Shown piece by piece: positions 39,552-47,307 of a stretch of DNA of 50,274 nt. The DNA is taken from assembly GCA_038203565.1 (NCBI GenBank), contig JBBRDV010000005.1, positions 1 to 50,274 on the forward strand, in the 5' to 3' direction. The DNA is from Atribacterota bacterium (GTDB taxonomy: Bacteria > Atribacterota > Phoenicimicrobiia > Phoenicimicrobiales > Phoenicimicrobiaceae). Below the pieces are notes generated by a model that saw only the letters and a list, made by a program, of their open reading frames with translations, was not told where the DNA came from and searched no databases. The position numbers were made by a program, and so were the translations under genes. How positions within the stretch are numbered: the first letter of the stretch is position 1; the number at the start of each line of letters is the position of its first letter.

Positions 39552-39560
39552 TGCTATAAT
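39552..39560 (+). promoter_or_regulatory. Extended -10 promoter for the TPR gene
   Basis: TGCTATAAT about 55 nt upstream of the start codon. Confidence 0.5.
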
Positions 39561-39614
39561 TAAGTACAATTAGAATTTAGAATTTAGAATAAAGATTAAA
39601 AGGAGGGATTAAAG

Positions 39615-40529
39615 ATGAAAAAGAGATATTTAAAAATGTTTTTGATGTTAAGTTTAGTGTTTTGTGGATTGTTATCAGTATTTAGCTTTGGTTTTGCAGC
39701 TGGTCAGGGGGGAACAGCCTGGGAAACTCTTTCTCAAGAAGCATCTGATTACTTGGAGATGGCTATAAACAAGATGGAAGAGGCAATTAACACATACCAG
39801 GGGGCTAATTACCCCAGTAGAGAACTGTGGGTTGAAGCGATTGATTATGGTGAAAAAGCTGTTGAGGCAGATCCTGATTTTATAGAAGCTCATTATCAGC
39901 TTGCCCAGATTTATCAATATACTAATTGGTATTATCGAGAGGCGAGAGAGTGGGAGAGATATATTGAACTTATTCAAAAAAAAGAAGTAATTTCTCCGGA
40001 AGCTAAACAGAAATTATCTTTTGCCTATTATCGGTTGGGATATGCGGCTTATCAAAAAGAAGATTATGATGGCTGTATTCTGTATTTACAAAAAGCAGTT
40101 GAGGTTAACCCAGAAATGACTGAAGCCTACCATTGGTTAGCGAGAGTATCTTACGAAAAAGGCAGATTGAATGACTCTCTTTCTTCCTGGCAAAAGGTGT
40201 TAGAGGTTGACCCCCTTTCCCCCCGGGCACAATATTTTTATACTAAAGCAGAAAATTCCATAAAATACGGAAAAGAAGCCTATTCTCATTATGAAGCAGG
40301 ATATAATCTTTACGAACAAAGGTTGTTTGAAGAAGCAATATACCAATACCGTCAAGCAGTCAAGGCCAACCCTAGTTTTTCTTTGGCATATTATTGGCTG
40401 GGTAGAATTTATTACGAGCGGGGTAATTACCAGCAAGCTGTGAGCAATTGGAAAGAAGTTTTGCGTTTAGAACCGGGAAATGCAAAAGCAGAGTATTGGT
40501 TAAAGCAGGCGGAAAAACAATTAAAATAA
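39615..40529 (+). CDS. Secreted tetratricopeptide-repeat protein
   Basis: Signal peptide, then repeated AYY.LG..Y...G.Y..A...W..VL...P units; SD AAGGAGG. Confidence 0.9.
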   Translation: MKKRYLKMFLMLSLVFCGLLSVFSFGFAAGQGGTAWETLSQEASDYLEMAINKMEEAINTYQGANYPSRELWVEAIDYGEKAVEADPDFIEAHYQLAQIYQYTNWYYREAREWERYIELIQKKEVISPEAKQKLSFAYYRLGYAAYQKEDYDGCILYLQKAVEVNPEMTEAYHWLARVSYEKGRLNDSLSSWQKVLEVDPLSPRAQYFYTKAENSIKYGKEAYSHYEAGYNLYEQRLFEEAIYQYRQAVKANPSFSLAYYWLGRIYYERGNYQQAVSNWKEVLRLEPGNAKAEYWLKQAEKQLK

Positions 40530-40532
40530 AAC

Positions 40533-40690
40533 AGTATATCGTATATCGTGAAGAAAAAAGAGAAAGAAGAAGAAGAAAGATAAGGCCATAAGGTACAAGT
40601 AGGGGCAGACCTTGTGTCTGCCCGAAATAAGCTATTTACTAACTACTAATTTAATTGGTAAATTGGTAAATTGGAGAATCGGTCAATTAC
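40533..40690. repeat. Composite module: heptamers + purine tract + GTAG REP (40599-40623) + octamers
   Basis: AGTATATCGTATATCGT, GA-rich tract, GTAGGGGCAGACCTTGTGTCTGCCC (1 mismatch to 36441-36465), then (AATTGGTA)n. Confidence 0.75.
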
Positions 40691-40726
40691 TTTATAATAT
40701 TTTATTTAGATTACGGAGAAAACAAA

Positions 40727-41959
40727 ATGAGAATCGCTTTTTTTACCAATTGCTACAAGCCGCTGGTAAATGGAGTTGTAACCAGTATTTCTTCATTGAA
40801 AGAAGCTTACGAAAGAAAGGGGCATGAGGTTTATATCTTTGCTCCCAGGGTAGAAGATTATGTTGATCAAGAAAAAAATGTATTCAGATACAGGTCAATA
40901 AACATAACCAGTGAAGTGAAATATCCTCTCTCCCTACCTTTGTCCTTTAAAGTGAAAAAGGTTATAACCGAATTTAATCCTGATATCGTTCATATTCATC
41001 ATCCCTTTTTGCTTAGCTCTGCAGCTATAATGTATGGCAAAAAATTAGGTATTCCCAAAATATTAACTCTTCACACCCAATATGAGCAATATGCTTATTA
41101 TGCTTCCCCTATACCAGAAAGAGTAACCCAGAAAGCAATTAAGATGATCATTTCTAATTTAGCCCATAAAACTGATTGTATAACTACTCCGTCTGCATCA
41201 ATGAAAGAATTAATAGAAGGCTATGGAATTAAAAATAGAATTGAGGTTATTCCTAATGCAATACATTTGATTTCTTTCAGGGAAGATAATGAATTAAAGA
41301 GAACAGAAATTAAAAAAAAATACAATCTGAAAGAAGATGATAAAATAATTCTCTTTGTGGGTAGGGTAGCTTCAGAAAAGAGCATAGATAAGATTATAAA
41401 AGCATTAGCAATAATTAAAAAGAGGAGCATTGATAAAGAAAAATTATTAATAGTAGGCAACGGCCCGGCTATGGATGAACTAAAACAGCTTGCTCGAACT
41501 TTGAAAGTAGAAGAAGATGTAATATTTACAGGTGCAGTAAGTTATGAAGAAATTAAGCATTATTACAAGGTGGCTTATGTATTTACCATTGCTTCTACAA
41601 CAGAAACTTTTGGAATAGTAACTATAGAAGCCTTAGCTTCCGGAGTTCCCGTCTTGGCGGTTAAAGCTCCGGGAGCAGTAGATATATTGACAGATGGACT
41701 GGACGGGCTGTTGGTCGATAACGATACCGAAAAATTTGCTGACGCCTTAGAAAAAATTATCAGAGAGCCTGAATTGAGGGAAAGGCTCTCTCAGGGAGCA
41801 TTAAAGACTTCTGAAAAATATAGCATTGATACAATTTCTGAAAGAATGTTAAATCTTTATCGGGAAGTAATCGAGATAAAAAAATCTAAAACTAAAGAGA
41901 AGAAAAATTTTATAAAAGATATTCTGGCCATGAATTATGAGGGGAAAATTAAAAGTTAA
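40727..41959 (+). CDS. GT4 glycosyltransferase (1,2-diacylglycerol 3-glucosyltransferase-like)
   Basis: MRIAFFT..Y.P.VNGV..S, HIH.PF, T.HT.YE.Y, VGR...EK, ETFG....EALA.G.PV. Confidence 0.88.
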   Translation: MRIAFFTNCYKPLVNGVVTSISSLKEAYERKGHEVYIFAPRVEDYVDQEKNVFRYRSINITSEVKYPLSLPLSFKVKKVITEFNPDIVHIHHPFLLSSAAIMYGKKLGIPKILTLHTQYEQYAYYASPIPERVTQKAIKMIISNLAHKTDCITTPSASMKELIEGYGIKNRIEVIPNAIHLISFREDNELKRTEIKKKYNLKEDDKIILFVGRVASEKSIDKIIKALAIIKKRSIDKEKLLIVGNGPAMDELKQLARTLKVEEDVIFTGAVSYEEIKHYYKVAYVFTIASTTETFGIVTIEALASGVPVLAVKAPGAVDILTDGLDGLLVDNDTEKFADALEKIIREPELRERLSQGALKTSEKYSIDTISERMLNLYREVIEIKKSKTKEKKNFIKDILAMNYEGKIKS

Positions 41960-42382
41960 AATAAAGCCGCGAGATATATTATTTTATGGGAAGAGGATAT
42001 CTAATTGAACTATATTAGCAAATAAGATTACCATAAATCCAGCAGTACTGAAGTTATTACCACTGATAAAGAAAATTAGTAGATAATGTTTTAATTAAAC
42101 TTGGAAATTCATCACAAAAAAGATACAAAAAAATGTTAGTTTTTATTTGAAATTTAAAATATATTTTGTTAGTATAATATCCGATTTTTATATCTATAAT
42201 TAGTTAAATCAAAAAATCAAAAAATAATATATTAAAATTATCTAAAATTATTTAAAAAGTTTACAAATTAATGTCTAAAATTGCTTGGTTTAGGGAATAT
42301 AATAAATAAGAGATTTTAATATCCTAATTTATGAAAGAAATGATATTATTTCCTGGAGGTGAATAATATAGAAAATATCCCG

Positions 42383-42487
42383 AAAAGTTGAGAAAGGTAA
42401 ACTGACCGAAAGGTCAGGACGCAAAGTCCTGGGTCTAAGGTACTAAAATAATTAATTAGTACTAAGATTACTCGACTGCCAGCTTTT
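42383..42487 (+). ncRNA. c-di-GMP-I (GEMM-I) riboswitch, aptamer 1 of the plus-strand tandem
   Basis: GGTAAA-CTGACC GAAA GGTCAG-GACGCAAAG-TCCTGGGTCTAAG...GACTGCC; P1 AAGTTG/CAGCTT followed by a U-tract. Confidence 0.88.
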
Positions 42488-42534
42488 TTCGTTTAAATTG
42501 AGAAAATACATAATTTAGAGTATTTTTTAAGTAA

Positions 42535-42621
42535 ATGAAAAAGGCAAACTACCCAAAAGGGTAGGACGCAAAGTCATGGGTTTAAAGCACTTATAAAAGT
42601 GCCATGATCGCCAGACTGCCA
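42535..42621 (+). ncRNA. c-di-GMP-I riboswitch, aptamer 2 of the plus-strand tandem
   Basis: GGCAAA-CTACCC AAAA GGGTAG-GACGCAAAG-TCATGGG...GCAC..GTGC..ATGATCGCCAGACTGCC; ends ~37 nt before the ATG. Confidence 0.85.
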
Positions 42622-42657
42622 AAAAAAGTTAAAATTTTTTCGCAGGAGGCGATTTAA

Positions 42658-44232
42658 ATGAAATTAAGTTTTAAAATTTTTTTACCTATGATATTAATTT
42701 CCGCATTGTTAATCTTACTTACTGGATGCTTTGGAACCGTTCCAGATGATAGTCCAGGCTATACTTCAGGAACGATTACTGGTATTATTGCTGCACCCTG
42801 CTGCTCTACTTCTGCTGAGCCGGTACCTGATCCTTGTTGTATTGCTCCCGAGTATTGGTGTTATTATTGTGAAAATACTTGGAGTCTTCAAGATAATATT
42901 AAAGTAATCCTTACTTATGGAGAAGATGAAAAAGCTACCGTTTTTACCAATGAAGATGGTGAATACACCTTTACTAATGTTGCTCCAGGTAAGAATTATG
43001 TCATTACTGCTTTATGTCCAGATTATACGGATGACCGACCTCTAGTCAAGGATGTAGCTCTTGAAGTAGTCGAAGGGGAAACTTATGATGCCAAGATTAC
43101 CGATTGTGTATCTACTGCTCTTGGATTAGTGGTAGATTATCTGGTCACTTACACTGAACTAGGTCCAGAGGATATTGTGTTGGATGGGGTTATAGCTGGT
43201 AATCCTAATTTCTATGGTTTTCCAGAGTTTAAAAAACTTGTATTGAGAATTTGTGAAATTTCCCCAGAATGTGTAAATCTGTTCGAAGATGATAAGGTTC
43301 CGGATTATTTATGTCGGGCAGCACAAGAGATAGGACGAAAAGTCCTTCCTGAACTTGATCTGGGATGTGTGGCAGGGTTTACTCCTACAGGACCAGGTCC
43401 AGGTCCTACACCTATAACGATTACCTATACCTTAACTATGGCAGTAAGTCCGGCTGGAGCAGGTACAACCGTTCCATCAATAGGAGCTTATTCTGGTTAT
43501 GCCAAAGATTTTGAAGAAAATATCAGTGCTAGTGCAAATGCAGGCTATCATTTTGTAAACTGGACTGTAAGCACTGGAGCCGCTGCTCTTGCTCCTAATT
43601 CAGCTTCTACCACAGTGACCATGGATGCTAATAAGACGGTTACCGCTAACTTTGAAGCAGATGTGCCGATTACCTATACCTTAACTATGGCAGTAAATCC
43701 GACTGAGGGAGGTACAACCGTTCCATTAATAGGACTTCATTCCGGTTATGCCCAAGATTTTGTAGAGAATATCAGTGCTAGTGCAAATGCAGGCTATCAT
43801 TTTGTAAACTGGACTGTAAGCACTGGAGCCGCTGCTCTTGCTCCTAATTCAGCTTCTACCACAGTGGTCGTGGATACTGATAAGACGGTTACCGCTAACT
43901 TTGAAGCAGATGTATGTAATAATCATGCACCTGTAATAGGTAATCTTCCTCCAGCTACAACACAAAAGGTAAATAAGGGGCATACATATACTTACGATGT
44001 AAATGCTACCGATCCTGATGCGGGGGATACCTTAACTTATAGTTTGACTACTAAACCTAATGGTATGACAATTAACTCCTCTACTGGAGTAATTACTTGG
44101 ACTAACGCACAATGTGGAGATCGTTGTTACAAGCTTTGTGATATAAATGTAACCGTAAGAGTAACTGATAATTCAAGCTGTGGACCTTTGTATGATGAAG
44201 AAAGCTTTATAGTAGAAGTTTGGCAGCCATAA
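42658..44232 (+). CDS. Cys-rich surface lipoprotein: carboxypeptidase-regulatory-like beta domain, Pro/Thr/Gly linker, two InlB-B/Flg_new-like repeats, C-terminal Ig/cadherin-like (He_PIG) domain
   Basis: Lipobox LTGC; TNEDGEYTFTNV.PG; TPTGPGPGPTP; two YTLTMAV.P..G...GYHFVNW...KTVTANF units; N.AP...YTYDVNATDPD.GDTLTYSL...P.GMTI...TGVITW. Confidence 0.85.
   Translation: MKLSFKIFLPMILISALLILLTGCFGTVPDDSPGYTSGTITGIIAAPCCSTSAEPVPDPCCIAPEYWCYYCENTWSLQDNIKVILTYGEDEKATVFTNEDGEYTFTNVAPGKNYVITALCPDYTDDRPLVKDVALEVVEGETYDAKITDCVSTALGLVVDYLVTYTELGPEDIVLDGVIAGNPNFYGFPEFKKLVLRICEISPECVNLFEDDKVPDYLCRAAQEIGRKVLPELDLGCVAGFTPTGPGPGPTPITITYTLTMAVSPAGAGTTVPSIGAYSGYAKDFEENISASANAGYHFVNWTVSTGAAALAPNSASTTVTMDANKTVTANFEADVPITYTLTMAVNPTEGGTTVPLIGLHSGYAQDFVENISASANAGYHFVNWTVSTGAAALAPNSASTTVVVDTDKTVTANFEADVCNNHAPVIGNLPPATTQKVNKGHTYTYDVNATDPDAGDTLTYSLTTKPNGMTINSSTGVITWTNAQCGDRCYKLCDINVTVRVTDNSSCGPLYDEESFIVEVWQP
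43418..43913 (+). repeat. Intragenic tandem duplication, period 249 bp (83 aa)
   Basis: Copies at 43418-43664 and 43667-43913; the 99-bp core 43519-43617 is identical in both. Confidence 0.95.
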
Positions 44233-44291
44233 ATTACCGTAAATGCTGTTAATTTTTGCAAAGTATTGATTTAGTATTGTATTTAACTCGC

Positions 44292-44339
44292 AATAAAGGG
44301 TGTTTCCTATTTTTAAAATGGTAGGAAACACCCTTTATT
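44292..44339. terminator. Bidirectional intrinsic terminator between convergent units
   Basis: Perfect 18-bp inverted repeat AATAAAGGGTGTTTCCTA / TAGGAAACACCCTTTATT. Confidence 0.85.
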
Positions 44340-44460
44340 CTTATATTGTAGTAATTGATGGGTGTTGGTATTTCAGTTTTTAGATTACAAGTAAAGATAT
44401 TTTTTACCGCCAAAGTATCGTTTAACTGTCCAACTAGCAAACCGGCTAACGCAAACTATC

Positions 44461-44664
44461 CTATTTTTTTAACTTTTCTATATACTCAACTGGTACGATT
44501 TTTTTGGCAAAGCGGACCGCTTTTTTTTCAGTGGAAAAAGTTCTGTCTGCTACCTTTATCGGTGAAGATAGAGCGTATCCCTTGTAAGTATTGTGTCCAT
44601 ACTCTACAACATATTTATCTTGATGAGAAGCTATTTTACAATAATCGTATTTTATTTTCATCAT
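44461..44664 (-). CDS. Small basic hypothetical protein (66-67 aa)
   Basis: Strong SD AAGGGAGG before ATGATG; co-oriented directly downstream of the C39 gene. Confidence 0.7.
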   Translation of the reverse strand: MMKIKYDYCKIASHQDKYVVEYGHNTYKGYALSSPIKVADRTFSTEKKAVRFAKKIVPVEYIEKLKK

Positions 44665-44733
44665 TTATCCTCCCTTTCAATAAGAATTTAGAATATATTT
44701 CATTTTTCAAATAATAATTACTATTGGTTTATT

Positions 44734-45381
44734 CTAAGAATTATCTGTATTGTCAATAAGCTCGGCATTTAAGGTGTCAACTTCTACCGGCGAAAGGACG
44801 ATAATTTTACACTTATCAGGACTGCTATTGAAATTAAGAGCTAAAAAATCAGCATAAGATATTTTGTAATCTTTTCCGGCGGTCGGATCGTTAGTAATTA
44901 TTTCCTGGGTTTCATCATCAAATCCGATAATCACCCGGGCATGTGAATAGGGCAAGGTAAGACTATAATTTTGTATGGCAATGATCGGGATATCTTCTTT
45001 CAATAAAACCTTTATTTCCTCAATGGTTTTGGATTGATATTTGGTCTCAAATCCCAAACTCTTGGCGTAACTAATAAATTTAAATACCGAACTATCGCCA
45101 TTGGTGATCACTTTACTGGCTATCTCGGATTGGCTAATATTTTTTCCGAAATATTTAAAAGCCATCGCACCTGATGCGGGTAAACACCAATTGTATCCGG
45201 CATATTTTTCATAAGGTACATCGAGATAAACAGAATCTGTTTCCTCGACCTTACTTAAAGCTTCATCTAAATCAAGCTGAAGTTCAGGTGTAACCACACC
45301 ACTACAAGATGTCAGAAAAAGAGAAACAATCAACATTAAGAAAAGTGCTATGGTTATTTTGCCTATTGCTTTTGCTTTCAT
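44734..45381 (-). CDS. C39-like (papain-fold) cysteine peptidase lipoprotein
   Basis: Lipobox LTSC, LDVPY, NWC.PAS..M...YFG..ISQ.EIA, H.RVI.G.D, NDP (Cys-His-Asp triad); ATG 45381 has SD GGAAGG. Confidence 0.88.
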   Translation of the reverse strand: MKAKAIGKITIALFLMLIVSLFLTSCSGVVTPELQLDLDEALSKVEETDSVYLDVPYEKYAGYNWCLPASGAMAFKYFGKNISQSEIASKVITNGDSSVFKFISYAKSLGFETKYQSKTIEEIKVLLKEDIPIIAIQNYSLTLPYSHARVIIGFDDETQEIITNDPTAGKDYKISYADFLALNFNSSPDKCKIIVLSPVEVDTLNAELIDNTDNS

Positions 45382-45486
45382 ATTATTTCCTTCCATTCCC
45401 TCTGTTTTTTTACAGAGTCTTAAATTTTTTAAATTTAAGTTGTGAAGGCATTTTTATCAAAGCCTGGGATTTTTTCAAACGAAAAA

Positions 45487-45577
45487 AAGTCGGTAGCCTG
45501 GCTGCCTTAGCACTTTTGGTGCCTTAGACCCATTGCTTTGCGCCCTACCCTTTCGGGTAGTTTGCCTTTATCAACTT
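45487..45577 (-). ncRNA. c-di-GMP-I riboswitch, proximal aptamer of the minus-strand tandem
   Basis: AAGTTG..GGCAAA-CTACCC GAAA GGGTAG-GGCGCAAAG-CAATGGGTCTAAG GCAC CAAAA GTGC TAAGGCAGCCAGGCTACCGACTT + U-tract. Confidence 0.92.
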
Positions 45578-45610
45578 GGTGAATTTCTTATTCTTTTTTC
45601 AAACGAAAAA

Positions 45611-45701
45611 AAGTCGGTAGCTTGGCTGCCTTAGCACTTTTGGTGCCTTAGACCCATTGCTTTGCGCCTCAACCTTTCGATTGATTTGCCTTTATCAACT
45701 T
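45611..45701 (-). ncRNA. c-di-GMP-I riboswitch, distal aptamer of the minus-strand tandem
   Basis: Direct repeat (period 124 bp) of the proximal aptamer, with covarying P2 TCAATC GAAA GGTTGA. Confidence 0.92.
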
Positions 45702-45822
45702 GGTTAGCTGCTAAAATATTTATTCTCTTTTCAAATTTCTCTTTTCTACTTATTATATTCCCTAAAAAAAGAAATTTCAGACATCAATTTGTAAATATTT
45801 TATATTTTTTATATTTTTCTAG

Positions 45823-45876
45823 TGTCATTCCCTCGAAAGAGGGGTTTATGGATTCCGCATCAAGTGCGGAATGACA
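45823..45876. repeat. GTCATTCC...GGAATGAC palindromic element (dRS3/RPE-like); may also terminate kbl
   Basis: TGTCATTCCCTCGAAAGAGGGG...TGGATTCCGCATCAAGTGCGGAATGACA. Confidence 0.7.
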
Positions 45877-45886
45877 AAGAGGTAGA

Positions 45887-47119
45887 TTAATTTTTTTGTT
45901 TGTAGTCCTTTAGAACAGCCAAAGCGTACTCGATATCATAAGGAGTATGGTCGGCATTGATTTGAAATCTTATTTCTTCGTCACCTTTAGGGACAACCGG
46001 ATAATTAAGACCGGTGGCGAGAATTCCTTTATCAATAAGATAGCTTACCAGCTCAGATGTTTTTTTTGTATCTCTCACCATTATAGGGACAATAGGATGG
46101 TCACTTTCAATAATTTCATATCCCAAATCAAGGAGACCTTTTTCAAATTTTTTAGTCATCTGGTGAAGATGGGCTAAAATGTCTTTTCCTTTTTCGCTAT
46201 CAAGTATTTCCAGAGATTTTAGAGCCGCACTCGCCTCGGCAGGGGAGATGGGATTAGAATAGATATACATCGGTGCTGTTTCTCTCAAATAGGTGATAAT
46301 CGTCTGATTAGAAGTTACATATCCGCCATTTAGTCCAAATGCTTTACCCAGGGTTCCCACCAAGACATCTACTCCCTTTGCATGAGTGTATTCTTCTGTT
46401 CCCCGACCGGTTTTTCCATAAGCCCCAATACCATGAGAATCATCTACCACTAAAAGTATATTTTCCGGGAATTCCTGGTCGTATTTTTTGGATAGGTAGG
46501 AAATAATATCCAGGGGGGCATAATCACCTCTCATGCTGAAGATACCGTCTGTGACAATGATTAATCTTTTTGCTTGGCCAATAGATTCTTTTATTCTATC
46601 TTCGAGCTCATTCATATCCAGATGTTTATAGATTTTTTTATCTTTTGGTCGGGAAAGTCGAAGGGCGTTAATGATGCAGTTATGATTTAACTCATCACTT
46701 ATTACTATAGTGTCAGAAGTTATGAGAGGGGCTAAGATTCCTACTACTGTTGAATAAGCTGAACTGAACAGCATAGCATCATTTCTTTGGTGAAATTTTG
46801 CTAACCTTTTTTCCAGTTCACGATGAGATTGGAATGTTCCGCTGATAAAACGAACCGCTCCAGGTCCGACTCCGTATTCTTTGGTTGCTCTTTCCTCTGC
46901 TTCAATAATTTCCTCTCTTAAGGACATTCCTAAATAAGAGTTAGAATTCATTCTGATAAATTCCTGCTCACTTTTCCCTTTAAGAAAATATCTGGGACCT
47001 TTTTCTCCATCAGCTTTTTTAACTTTAGTTATAATGGATTCTTTTCCTTTTAATCTTCCTTTATTTTTTAGCGCTTTTAGAGTTCTGGAAAGTACTTTCT
47101 CTAAATTATCTAATCCCAT
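45887..47119 (-). CDS. kbl: Glycine C-acetyltransferase (2-amino-3-ketobutyrate CoA ligase)
   Basis: SNSYLG, G.GAVRFISGT, SDELNH..II, TDGIFSM.GD, DDSHG, TLGKA; ATG 47119 has SD GGAGGG; follows tdh. Confidence 0.9.
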   Translation of the reverse strand: MGLDNLEKVLSRTLKALKNKGRLKGKESIITKVKKADGEKGPRYFLKGKSEQEFIRMNSNSYLGMSLREEIIEAEERATKEYGVGPGAVRFISGTFQSHRELEKRLAKFHQRNDAMLFSSAYSTVVGILAPLITSDTIVISDELNHNCIINALRLSRPKDKKIYKHLDMNELEDRIKESIGQAKRLIIVTDGIFSMRGDYAPLDIISYLSKKYDQEFPENILLVVDDSHGIGAYGKTGRGTEEYTHAKGVDVLVGTLGKAFGLNGGYVTSNQTIITYLRETAPMYIYSNPISPAEASAALKSLEILDSEKGKDILAHLHQMTKKFEKGLLDLGYEIIESDHPIVPIMVRDTKKTSELVSYLIDKGILATGLNYPVVPKGDEEIRFQINADHTPYDIEYALAVLKDYKQKN

Positions 47120-47231
47120 TTTTTTACCCTCCAAATTAATTAATTTGCCAATCTGCCGATCTACCAATTATATTAGTATAAGTGAATAGATGAATAGTCG
47201 TTAGTTTTTGGTTTTTAGTTTATAGTTTTTT

Positions 47232-47285
47232 GTAGGGGTCGAATTTATTCGACCCGAAACGGGTTCGATGAATCGAACTCATTAC
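47232..47285. repeat. Inverted GTAG-REP doublet (REPIN-like)
   Basis: GTAGGGGTCGAATTTATTCGACCC-GAAAC-GGGTTCGATGAATCGAACTCATTAC. Confidence 0.7.
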
Positions 47286-47307
47286 TTGTCACTGTATTCT
47301 ATAAGCT

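Noticed and set aside
41975..42150. Possible gene remnant downstream of the GT4 gene
   Set aside because: Short broken frames with no recognisable family; cannot be supported without a homology search.
43418..43913. Repeat pair as a diversity-generating retroelement TR/VR
   Set aside because: Differences are not adenine-specific (C/T, G/C and T/C changes occur), both copies are in-frame domains, and no reverse transcriptase is present in the window.
42383..45701. 3',3'-cGAMP-sensing (GEMM-Ib) variants
   Set aside because: All four aptamers have G at the position equivalent to G20 (GGYAAA) and CGCAAAG, matching the c-di-GMP type. Specificity still needs an assay.
45470..45704. Direct repeats as a CRISPR array or IS ends
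   Set aside because: Only two ~110-bp units, fully explained as c-di-GMP-I aptamers; no cas or transposase nearby.
45309..45874. 72-aa and 70-aa plus-strand ORFs
   Set aside because: They overlap riboswitches, an AT-rich promoter region and a palindromic repeat; spurious.
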